42,893 nucleotides of DNA from Brevundimonas sp. (lineage in GTDB: Bacteria; Pseudomonadota; Alphaproteobacteria; Caulobacterales; Caulobacteraceae). Every line of letters begins with the position of its first letter. The first letter of the stretch is position 1. The notes beneath the pieces were generated by a model. The model did no database searches. It had not been told where the DNA came from and worked only from the letters and a program-made list of their open reading frames with translations. A program made the translations under genes and the position numbers. Positions 10,601-17,572 of this stretch are shown piece by piece. The stretch lies in contig JALAGW010000174.1 in assembly GCA_022712235.1 (NCBI GenBank), forward strand, positions 1 to 42,893, read 5' to 3'.

Positions 10601-10984
10601 GTCCTTGTCGGTGTCCTTGTATTCCTCGATGTCGTCGGTGATCGAGATGGTGCCGCCGATCGTGATCGCGCCGGTTGTTCCACCCTGCGCCAGGATGCCG
10701 GTGGCGCCGTCGGCGGCCTTGGCCATCCCGATGGACGAGCCGTTGTCCATGTCCACGCTGTTGTTCGAATCAATCGTCACGGCGGCGCCGCTGGTCACAG
10801 CGATGGATCCGCCGCTGCCGAAGCGAATATTGTTGGGCTCGGTTCCCGTGGCGGTGGAGGTCGAGATCGGCGTGGTGCGCGCCGTCGAGATGACGGTCTC
10901 GGCCGGCGGCGTGGTTTGCGCCTGAACGCCAGCGGCGGCCATCAAGGGGGCGATCGCCACTGCGGTCGCGAGCAGAATACGCAT
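7673..10984 (-). CDS. Large autotransporter-domain outer-membrane protein (~1103 aa) with Asp-rich Ca-binding-like repeats
   Basis: Sec signal MRILLATAVAIAPLMAAAGVQA from ATG 10984 (the track's extension to 11239 is not plausible). G/T/N/V-rich beta-helix-like passenger. C-terminal ~280 aa of amphipathic beta strands ending LLRASFKF (terminal Phe). Confidence 0.85.
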   Translation of the reverse strand: MRILLATAVAIAPLMAAAGVQAQTTPPAETVISTARTTPISTSTATGTEPNNIRFGSGGSIAVTSGAAVTIDSNNSVDMDNGSSIGMAKAADGATGILAQGGTTGAITIGGTISITDDIEEYKDTDKDGDADGPFASGTGRYGLRVTGSDAKTGNILVETGGAILVEGNNSYGISVEAPLVGNLTNFGAINVVGDNTRGISVTGPVTGDVSVLGSVSVRGENAVGVAVDGAVDGRVAIHGTITSTGYRYTTRPNSKPTTGDVPAEVLFLENLDADDLLQGGPAVSISADVSKGVLFDTGPSYGANGIDGDDDGDGVKNGDEDDDGDGVKNREDTDRDGDGLPDANESKAQVTAYGGAPAVVVGSTTSDVTLGVAGTGNNAYGFVNRGEIFGIGVYDNVAPTALQFGVEGGQAVTIEGGVRNEGSVAVLANNADATAIRFKDGATTPTLINTGTVSAASATDGANLITAIRIEAGANVSSIENNGAISATTGGGTGNTTAIADLSGTLTSITNTRSIQASVTPNAKGDPITGKATAIDVSANTSGVTFTQKGIASEATATDPDTDGDGVTDSREPSTYGDIKLGSGADLLDIQNGVVQGDISFGAGADRLSISGGAVVRGAISNSDGLLDIDISKGTLDARQTGTVDVSSLNVGADGNLIVTLDAATKNEFKFNVDGAANLADGAGLGVRFDSLIDPNGKTSFNVLKASDLDVGTIDQDLLQSNSPYAFVVNAKVDEALGEITIEASRRTAEEAGMIKAEASAYDALYAGLADNELIRAALLNQTDREGFFKVYEQLLPDHSGGPLLSLASGVDAVTRALTGRNASAAPGETSAWVQEINFYADKDKTESYGFRSEGFGVAGGVERGTNMGAIGLTAAFTSSALEDPEAAAEEVLSANRLELGLYWRAQGQYWTTWARAAGGYASFNATRKLVADGINLKNESDWHGFTLAAAGGASYERHFGRLNVRPEIYGEYFSLSEDARTEKGGGDGFDLEIDERDGHMFSGVAAVNIGYGFGKNGWVRPEVRVGWRQNFSVDAGSTIARFASGGDAFTLDPASIEGGGPILGFRLNVGNDLGMLAITGDAELLEDYVRYTLLLRASFKF
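9995..10057. repeat. Intragenic direct repeat, 27 bp identical twice with 36-bp period, encoding DDDGDGVKN
   Basis: GTTCTTGACGCCGTCGCCGTCGTCGTC at 9995-10021 and 10031-10057. Confidence 0.9.
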
Positions 10985-11287
10985 TAGATAGAAACCCCTC
11001 GTGGACACACGCGCAACGACGCCAGCCGTCCGTCTATCAGGCTCGGCGTCGCCACGCCCCAAGTTTCTCGAATTTGAGGCGATTGCAAGGCCTGGCGTAG
11101 GCAGGGGCAGGTGAACGGGACCTGAAGAACCGCATTCGCTCGGATATGTTCCGGGTTCCTCAAAAGGACGCTTGAGCGGAGCAGTTTCCGGCGCTACGGG
11201 CGATTCATGGTGAGTTCCAAACGTAAGCGTCGCATCCAAAGTCGCTCCGGTCGCGTTGCGGCGTTGAGATCTGGAAAGGCCGCCTCA

Positions 11288-12538
11288 ATGACCATGAGCG
11301 ATATCGATGTTCAGGAGGGCGAACTGCGCCTGATCCCAGGCCTCGACGAGGAAGTCGCTGAAACTCTTAGGATACTGAAGGCGTCGACCGCCGATCCGCG
11401 TCCGCGTCTGGTGGACACCACCATGTTGTTCGCCCCCCGTTCGGGCGGGGTGAAGCGCTATCTGCTGTCCAAGAAGGCCTGGCTGGAGGCGAATCGACCT
11501 TCGGTGGCCCACACCCTGGTCGTGCCAGGGGCCAAGCATAAGGCGGGGACGGATGGGATCGTCCAGTTGCATGCCGCCAAACTGCCTTTCGGCGACGGCT
11601 ATCGCTGGCCCAGCTCAGTCCGCCGTTGGGGCGCCTGGGTGGCCTCGATGAACCCCGCCGTGATCGAGGCGGGTGATCCCTATACGCCGGGGCAGGGCGC
11701 GCTGGAGGCGGGTCAGCGAGCCGGCTGTCCGGTCGTCGGCTTCTGCCACTCTGACCCGGCGGGCCTGGCGGCCCTGCATTTCGGCGAATGGGCCAAGAAG
11801 CCGGTCGAGAAGCGTTGGGCCAGGCTGTTTTCGCAGTTTGATCGTGTCGTCTCGCCCAGCCGATTCATCGCGCGCCGGCTGGAAGAGGCCGGCGTCGGCG
11901 GCATTGTTATTCGCCCCCTTGGCGTGGAGGTGGACACCTTCCGCCCGGATCGCCGTGATCGTGACTGGCTGTTGAAAAAGCTGGGTCTAGGCGCGGACGC
12001 TCGCCTGTTGTGCTTCGCCGGTCGTCCGGCCAAGGAGAAGAACGTCGACGTTCTGATCGACGCGGTGCAGCGCCTGGGCGCGCCCTATCACCTGGTGCTG
12101 GTCGGAGCCGGGGCCGGGATGCCGCCCGAAGATCGAGTGATCTCTTTGCCCTATGAGAAAGACCCCAAGGCCGTGGCGCGGATCATCGCCAGCTGCGACG
12201 CCTTCGTCCACGCCAACGACAAGGAGCCGTTCGGCCTGATCGTGCTGGAGGCCATGGCCTGCGGGCGACCGGTCGTGGGCGTCAACGCCGGCGGCGTGGC
12301 TGAGACGGTCGATTCTGGCGTGGGGCAACTGGCGCGTTCGGCTGACCCCGCCGACTACGCCGAGGCTATTGAAGCCCTGTTCGAACGCGACATCGAGGCT
12401 CTGGGTCAGGCGGCGCGGGTGAAGATGGTCGAGCAGTTTGCCTGGAACCGCGTTTTTGAGGACCTGTCGATGCTCTATGGCGAGTTGAGCGGTCGGTCCG
12501 AGTTCGTCATGCCGCAAGAGATTGCGCCGCTGAACTAG
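11288..12538 (+). CDS. GT-B fold glycosyltransferase, family 4
   Basis: FAPRSGGVKRYL, FAGRPAKEKNVD and EPFGLIVLEAMACGRPVVG (EX7E motif). Start at MTMSDIDV after a purine-rich SD (GGAAAGG); ATG 11294 is an alternative. Confidence 0.9.
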   Translation: MTMSDIDVQEGELRLIPGLDEEVAETLRILKASTADPRPRLVDTTMLFAPRSGGVKRYLLSKKAWLEANRPSVAHTLVVPGAKHKAGTDGIVQLHAAKLPFGDGYRWPSSVRRWGAWVASMNPAVIEAGDPYTPGQGALEAGQRAGCPVVGFCHSDPAGLAALHFGEWAKKPVEKRWARLFSQFDRVVSPSRFIARRLEEAGVGGIVIRPLGVEVDTFRPDRRDRDWLLKKLGLGADARLLCFAGRPAKEKNVDVLIDAVQRLGAPYHLVLVGAGAGMPPEDRVISLPYEKDPKAVARIIASCDAFVHANDKEPFGLIVLEAMACGRPVVGVNAGGVAETVDSGVGQLARSADPADYAEAIEALFERDIEALGQAARVKMVEQFAWNRVFEDLSMLYGELSGRSEFVMPQEIAPLN

Positions 12539-12587
12539 GCGAGGGTCTTTCCGTGGGCGGGGAGCGCCATCCTCTTTGCAAGAAGAA

Positions 12588-12664
12588 TGGCGCGAGTGAC
12601 GGGGCTCGAACCCGCGACCTCCGGCGTGACAGGCCGGCACTCTAACCAACTGAGCTACACCCGC
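12588..12664 (-). tRNA. tRNA-Asp(GTC), copy 1
   Basis: GCGGGTGTAGCTCAGTTGGTTAGAGTGCCGGCCTGTCACGCCGGAGGTCGCGGGTTCGAGCCCCGTCACTCGCGCCA; 77 nt, anticodon GTC, encoded CCA. Confidence 0.98.
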
Positions 12665-12687
12665 ATTTCCTCCGCGAGGAGGAGAAG

Positions 12688-12719
12688 GGGCGAATAAGGG
12701 CGACTCGCGCCCCGGTCAA
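12688..12719 (-). promoter_or_regulatory. Housekeeping-sigma promoter of tRNA-Asp copy 1
   Basis: Minus strand TTGACC (12719-12714) followed by a CCTTATTC -10-like element; the same layout precedes copy 2. Confidence 0.6.
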
Positions 12720-12853
12720 GCGAGGAGCTTCAGTCAGGCTGAAAATACCGACACAGGCAAAACCTGCGCCTTGAGGCGGGGTCACGACAGCCGGCTAACA
12801 GTGAACTGGATTGCGAGGTAGGCGGGGCGCGCCATTCCCTTCGCTGAAAGGAA

Positions 12854-12930
12854 TGGCGCGAGTGACGGGGCTCGAACCCGCGACCTCCGGCGTGACAGGC
12901 CGGCACTCTAACCAACTGAGCTACACCCGC
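12854..12930 (-). tRNA. tRNA-Asp(GTC), copy 2
   Basis: Identical 77-nt sequence to copy 1, offset by 266 bp. Confidence 0.98.
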
Positions 12931-12954
12931 GTTCCCCTCCGCGAGGAGGAGAAG

Positions 12955-12986
12955 GGCGGATTAAGGGCGACTCATGATCCGGTCAA
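12955..12986 (-). promoter_or_regulatory. Housekeeping-sigma promoter of tRNA-Asp copy 2
   Basis: Minus strand TTGACC (12986-12981) followed by CCTTAATC. Confidence 0.6.
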
Positions 12987-13029
12987 GCGCAATATGCGAA
13001 ACTATCGGATTTAGCTGCAAATTCAGCTG

Positions 13030-13572
13030 TTAACGCCCGCAATCCAGTCCTGGTGCGTCTGGCGCGGCGGTCTCGCCGAGGCCCAGCCCCTTCTGCATAA
13101 AGACCACGTCGCGCCAGGCGTCGAACTTCCATCCCGCCGCATGGAAGACGCCAACGCGCTCGAAACCGGCGGCGGCGTGCAGGGCGATGGAGCCGGCGTT
13201 GGCGCTGTCGCCGATCACCGCCACCATCTGACGCATGCCCAGAGCCTCGCAGGCGCCGAGCAGGGCGTCGAGGAGCGCTTTGCCGACGCCGCGTCCGCGA
13301 AACGCCTCGGACACATAAATCGAGTCCTCGACCATGAAGCGATAGGCTGCGCGCAGGCGGTAAGGTCCGGCATAGGCATAGCCCGCGACCTGACCGTCGA
13401 TCTCGGCGATCAGGACGGGCAGGCCCAATGCGACGGGTGCGGCCAGACGCGACTTCATCCCCTCTGCCGATGGGACGTCCAGTTCGAACGTCCCCGTGCC
13501 GTGCAGCACGCTGTCGGCGTATATGGCCGTGACGGCTGCCAGGTCGGCTTCCGTGAACGGTCGGATGATCAC
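13030..13572 (-). CDS. GNAT N-acetyltransferase, phosphinothricin/methionine-sulfoximine acetyltransferase (Pat/YncA) family
   Basis: GTG start overlapping the ptrB stop (GTGA). AIYADSVLHGTGTFE, AYRFMVEDSIYV, RGRGVGKALL, NAGSIALHAAAGF and GWKFDAWRDVVFMQ. Confidence 0.9.
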   Translation of the reverse strand: MIIRPFTEADLAAVTAIYADSVLHGTGTFELDVPSAEGMKSRLAAPVALGLPVLIAEIDGQVAGYAYAGPYRLRAAYRFMVEDSIYVSEAFRGRGVGKALLDALLGACEALGMRQMVAVIGDSANAGSIALHAAAGFERVGVFHAAGWKFDAWRDVVFMQKGLGLGETAAPDAPGLDCGR

Positions 13573-15791
13573 GCCTTTTCCCAGCCCTTCTCGACGGCCC
13601 AGACGGCGAAGGCGTAGTCGTGGGCGATGTCCTTCAGGTAATCGAAGCGGCCCGACGAGGCGAAGTGGCCCGCCTCCATGTTGATCTTCAGCAGCACCGG
13701 CTTGCCGGAGGTCGAGGCGGGCCGCAGCTTGGCCACCCACTTCTCGGGCTCCCAATAGGTCACGCGCGGGTCGGACAGGCCGCCGGTCGCCAGCAGGGCC
13801 GGATAGGGCTTGGCCTCGATCTGGTCATAGGGGCTGTAGCTCAGCATATAGTCGTAAGCTGCGGCGTCCTCGAGCGGGTTGCCCCATTCAGGCCATTCCG
13901 GCGGGGTCAGGGGCAGGGAGGTGTCGGACATGGTGTTGATGACGTCGACGAAGGGCACGCCACCGATCACCCCGGCCCACAGTTCGGGGCGCATATTGGT
14001 CACGGCCCCCATCAGCAAGCCGCCTGCAGAGCGGCCCTCGGCCACGATCCTGCCGGCCCTGGTGTAGTTCCGCGCGATCAGATGATCGGCGGCGGCGGTG
14101 AAGTCGGTGAGGGTGTTCTTCTTGGTGAAGCGCCGGGCCGTCAGGAACCAGTTCCAGCCCTTGTCCGAGCCGCCGCGGATATGGGCGATGGCGTAGATGA
14201 AGCCGCGATCCACCAGCGACAGCCGGTTGGTCGAGAAGCTGGCCGCCATGGGGATGCCGTAGGAGCCGTAGCCGTAGAGCAGCAGGGGCGCCGAGCCGTC
14301 GACCGGCGTGTCCTTGCGACGCAGTACTGTGATCGGCACCAGTTCGCCGTCGGAGGCCGGAGCGTTCAACCGCTCGACCACATAGTCGGCCGGGTTGTGG
14401 CCCGAGGGCACTTCCTGAACCTTGCGCAGGGTCCGCTCGCGCGTCTTCAGGTCATAGTCGTAGGTCGAGGTCGGCGTGGACGGCGAGTTGTAGCCATAGC
14501 GCATGACCGTGGTGTCGAACTCCGACGCCCCGCCCAGCGACAGGGCGTAGGCAGGCTCGTCCACGGCGATCTCGTGTTCGGCGCCGGCGCGGTCGCGGAT
14601 GACGATCCTGGTGTTGGCGTCGGCCCGCTCCTGACGGCCGATGAAGTCCTTGACCAGGGCCACGCCCTCGATGAAGCGGCCGGGCGTATGCGGGATCAGG
14701 TCCTTCCAGTTCGACTTGGCCGGCACGGCGGTCGGGGCCTCGACCACCTTGAAGTCGATGGCGTCGTCGGCATTGGTGCGGATCACCCAGCGGTCACCCC
14801 AGTGGTCCAGATCATAGAGGCGGCCGACGTGACGCGCTTCGACCACCACGGGCGTCGCAGTGGGCGTCGCGCCGGGAATGATGCGGCCTTCCGAGGTTTC
14901 CTGGTTGCCGATGCCGATGACGATGAAGGCGTCATCGGACGAGCGGCCAACGCTCTGGAACATGCCATCGTCGGTTTCTTCATAGACAAGTGTCGTCTCG
15001 CCGCCGCGCGCGGGGCGACGGAAGATCTTGTCGGGGCGGCCGTTGTCGTCGCGGTTGGTCCAGAAGATCCACTGGCTGTCTGGAGAGAAGGTGAAGTTCT
15101 CGGTCGCCGATTCGATGGGGTCAGGCAGGACCTCGCCGGTCGCCAGGTCCTTGACGTAGATCTTGAAGACTTCGGACCCCTGCGCGTCCTCGGCATAGGC
15201 GAACAGGGCGTGGTCAGGGCTGTGCTCGACGGCGGAAACTTCCGAATAGGCCTTGCCCTCGGCCAGGGCGTTGCAGTCGAGCAGAAGCTGAGGCGTCGGG
15301 GCCTTGATGAAGTTCCTGGTCACGGGCTGGCCGTCCACCATCCAGGTCCCCTGACGCTCGACCCGCATATAGCGCGGGTGCTGCTCGCCGGTGCGGTATT
15401 CCGTGAAATACTCCCACGGGCCGTCGGCGGCGGGGACGGAGCTGTCGTCCTCCTTGATGCGGCCCTTCATCTCTTCGAACATCTGGGCCTGCAGGGGCAG
15501 GGTGGAGGCCATCATAGTCTCGCGATAGGCGTTCTCGGCAGTCAGGTGTTCCTTGACGTCGGCCTTGATCAGCGACGGGTCGCGCAGCACGGCCTGCCAG
15601 TTGTCGTCCTTCATCCACTGATAGTCGTCGACGCGGACGCGGCCCAACTGCTCGATGCGGACGGGGACCTTCTTGGCGACAGGCGGTTGGGGCAGGGACA
15701 TCGAGGCTCCGGTAGTCGAACGGGCGAGTGCGGGGGAGGCGGCGGCGAGACCGACGGCAGCGGTCGAGGCGATCAGTTCACGGCGATTCAT
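13569..15791 (-). CDS. ptrB: Oligopeptidase B (S9A prolyl oligopeptidase family) with twin-arginine signal peptide
   Basis: MNRRELIASTAAVGLAAASPALA Tat signal; LYGYGSYG, HIRGG, GRSAGG (catalytic Ser), DPRVTYWEPEKW (Asp) and AGHF (His). Confidence 0.93.
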   Translation of the reverse strand: MNRRELIASTAAVGLAAASPALARSTTGASMSLPQPPVAKKVPVRIEQLGRVRVDDYQWMKDDNWQAVLRDPSLIKADVKEHLTAENAYRETMMASTLPLQAQMFEEMKGRIKEDDSSVPAADGPWEYFTEYRTGEQHPRYMRVERQGTWMVDGQPVTRNFIKAPTPQLLLDCNALAEGKAYSEVSAVEHSPDHALFAYAEDAQGSEVFKIYVKDLATGEVLPDPIESATENFTFSPDSQWIFWTNRDDNGRPDKIFRRPARGGETTLVYEETDDGMFQSVGRSSDDAFIVIGIGNQETSEGRIIPGATPTATPVVVEARHVGRLYDLDHWGDRWVIRTNADDAIDFKVVEAPTAVPAKSNWKDLIPHTPGRFIEGVALVKDFIGRQERADANTRIVIRDRAGAEHEIAVDEPAYALSLGGASEFDTTVMRYGYNSPSTPTSTYDYDLKTRERTLRKVQEVPSGHNPADYVVERLNAPASDGELVPITVLRRKDTPVDGSAPLLLYGYGSYGIPMAASFSTNRLSLVDRGFIYAIAHIRGGSDKGWNWFLTARRFTKKNTLTDFTAAADHLIARNYTRAGRIVAEGRSAGGLLMGAVTNMRPELWAGVIGGVPFVDVINTMSDTSLPLTPPEWPEWGNPLEDAAAYDYMLSYSPYDQIEAKPYPALLATGGLSDPRVTYWEPEKWVAKLRPASTSGKPVLLKINMEAGHFASSGRFDYLKDIAHDYAFAVWAVEKGWEKA

Positions 15792-15856
15792 GAAATGGGC
15801 TCCCCTGTGGTTCGGCGGGACCTTGTGCCTGCGAACGGGCCGCGTCAAATGGCGGA

Positions 15857-16684
15857 ATGATCTCTCAGGATGTTCCGCCCGCACCGCCCGCCGCCGTCGC
15901 GCCCGTTCCCTGGGACCTGACAGTCGGCATGATCAACGCCACGGTGCAGTTGGATCAGCCCTTGAATGAGAGTTCGCGCAAGGTCGGCACCGGCTTTCTG
16001 ATCTCGGCGCCTCGCCCCGACGGCACGCCTCGGGTCGTGCTTGTGACGGCGGCGCACGTTTTCAACGTCATGCCGAACGGGGAGGCGCGCATCGGCTGGC
16101 GCACCGCCGAGGCGGACGGCGCCTGGAAGTTCTCGCCGGCGAACCTGACGATCCGCGACTCCGATGGAACGCCGCTGTGGACCCAGCATCCCGAGCGTGA
16201 CGTGGCGGTCATGGAGATCACCGCCCCCGACGCCTTCGCCCGCGCCGCCATCCCGATGGGCTGGTTGGCGGACGACACGACCTTTGACCGCTGGCGCGTG
16301 GGCCCCGGCGATGAACTGATGGCCCTGGGCTATCCGCATGGCCTGTCGGCGAACAAGGCCGGCTTCCCCATCCTGCGCCTGGGCCGCATCAGTTCCTGGC
16401 CGCTGACACCGATCCGACACTTCCCCATCTTCCTGCTGGACTTCGCCGTGTCCCAAGGAAACTCCGGCGGCCCGGTCTTCTGGACCCCCGCCGTCGACCG
16501 CCTGCCCGGCGCGCCGACGCCCGATCATCCCTATATCGCCGGCGTTCTGGTGCAGGAGGTTCAGGGCGGCGGCGAAGGCCTGGAACTGGGCGTCGTCGCC
16601 CACGCCCAGTATGTGCGCGAGGCGATCGCCTTGCTGGATCAGTCGACCACTGCGCCCGAAACGCAGTCGAACGCCGCGCAGTAG
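15857..16684 (+). CDS. Trypsin-like (S1) serine protease
   Basis: GTGFLI, VTAAHV (His), RDVAVM (Asp), LGYP and GNSGGPV (Ser). Confidence 0.88.
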   Translation: MISQDVPPAPPAAVAPVPWDLTVGMINATVQLDQPLNESSRKVGTGFLISAPRPDGTPRVVLVTAAHVFNVMPNGEARIGWRTAEADGAWKFSPANLTIRDSDGTPLWTQHPERDVAVMEITAPDAFARAAIPMGWLADDTTFDRWRVGPGDELMALGYPHGLSANKAGFPILRLGRISSWPLTPIRHFPIFLLDFAVSQGNSGGPVFWTPAVDRLPGAPTPDHPYIAGVLVQEVQGGGEGLELGVVAHAQYVREAIALLDQSTTAPETQSNAAQ

Positions 16685-17355
16685 CGGCGGCGCATTTCGT
16701 TTCTGATCGGGGCAGGGTCTTCCGGGCTGGCCTGGGTGACCTGAGCGTACCAGACGTCCCAGCCGATCGGTTTTCGGGTCGGCAGATAGTCCAGGCCGTG
16801 CAGCGCCAGGACGCGAGCAGCTCCTGCGGCGTGCCAGGCTTTCTCGGCTTCGAGGTCGGGGTATAGCTCGGCCATCCAGTCGCGCAGGAGCGCCGCCTTT
16901 TCGGGCGGCATCTCGTCGACCTTCCAGTCACGGATCGAGCGTTCGGCCGCAGAGCGGCTGCCGTGATAGAAGCTGTCGGTAAAGGTCCGGGCGGCCTGGA
17001 CATGTTCCGGGCCGGGCTCGGGGCCCTCCCACGGTTGACGCAGGGGTTCGTCGCCTTCGGTCAGGACGTCGAAGGGCAGTTCGATCATGAAAGGGACGCC
17101 CGCGGGCTGGGCGACGCGCCCCCGGAACACGATCGCGAGGGCGGCTTGCTGAAAGCCCGCATCGGCCGGCTTGGCCGACACGGCCGCGCATCGGGCGAGG
17201 GCGCCGCTTTCGTTATTCACGCATTCAAGCGTGACGGTCCCGTTGATCCGCAAGTCCCTGGCCAGGGCCGGGTAGTCGGAACGTCTCACATCCGGCGGAG
17301 TCTCCCAGTGTGCGGGTTCGACCAGCAGAGCCAAGGTCGCCAGAAGCGTAATCAT
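16639..17355 (-). CDS. Exported protein with a TonB C-terminal-like domain and an unknown C-terminal domain
   Basis: Hydrophobic N-terminus; YPALARDLRINGTVTLEC...GALARCAAVSAKPADAGFQQAAL resembles TonB_C. SD GGAG upstream of ATG 17355. Confidence 0.7.
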   Translation of the reverse strand: MITLLATLALLVEPAHWETPPDVRRSDYPALARDLRINGTVTLECVNNESGALARCAAVSAKPADAGFQQAALAIVFRGRVAQPAGVPFMIELPFDVLTEGDEPLRQPWEGPEPGPEHVQAARTFTDSFYHGSRSAAERSIRDWKVDEMPPEKAALLRDWMAELYPDLEAEKAWHAAGAARVLALHGLDYLPTRKPIGWDVWYAQVTQASPEDPAPIRNEMRRRYCAAFDCVSGAVVD

Positions 17356-17572
17356 GCGGTGAACTCCAGGCTATTCAGGGCTGGTGACGATTTCGGCCGT
17401 TGGCCCGCAATCGTAACGGGCGCAAAAGCGGCGACGCAGTTCGATCATCGGTTCGCGAGGGTGGAGCGCGCCATGCACAGACCCCGTCGCTGACGCTCCG
17501 TCTTCTCATGAGAACGCCTCCCGCGCGCAGGTTGCACGGGAGGTGTCGTGCGCTCAAACCATGGAACGGCGA

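Noticed and set aside
10985..11287. 300-bp region between the autotransporter and GT4 as a riboswitch or sRNA
   Set aside because: No recognisable riboswitch consensus. The length is explained by two divergent promoters, and the ORF-track extensions through it are not credible.
11987..12915. ORFs beginning MVRVPACHAGGRGFEPRHSRH (11987..12649 and 12730..12915)
   Set aside because: These are translations of the tRNA-Asp sequence itself.
12555..12990. Repeats around tRNA-Asp as a CRISPR array or attL/attR of an integrated element
   Set aside because: There are only two units, both full-length tRNAs with promoters. No spacers, cas genes, integrase or cargo are present, and I saw no partial 3' tRNA direct repeat elsewhere in the window.
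13620..15860. 746-aa plus-strand ORF antisense to ptrB (likewise 30069..31580, 33000..34727, 5351..6685, 1432..2337 and 3..758)
   Set aside because: These are shadow ORFs. High-GC codon bias in the real gene removes stops on the opposite strand, and the translations have no family motifs and fully overlap well-supported genes.
17375..17557. 60-aa minus-strand ORF and hairpin CCTCCCG...CGGGAGG (about 17515-17545) downstream of the acyl-CoA dehydrogenase
   Set aside because: The Arg-rich translation has no motif. The hairpin has no U-tract and is most simply an ordinary 3' stem-loop.
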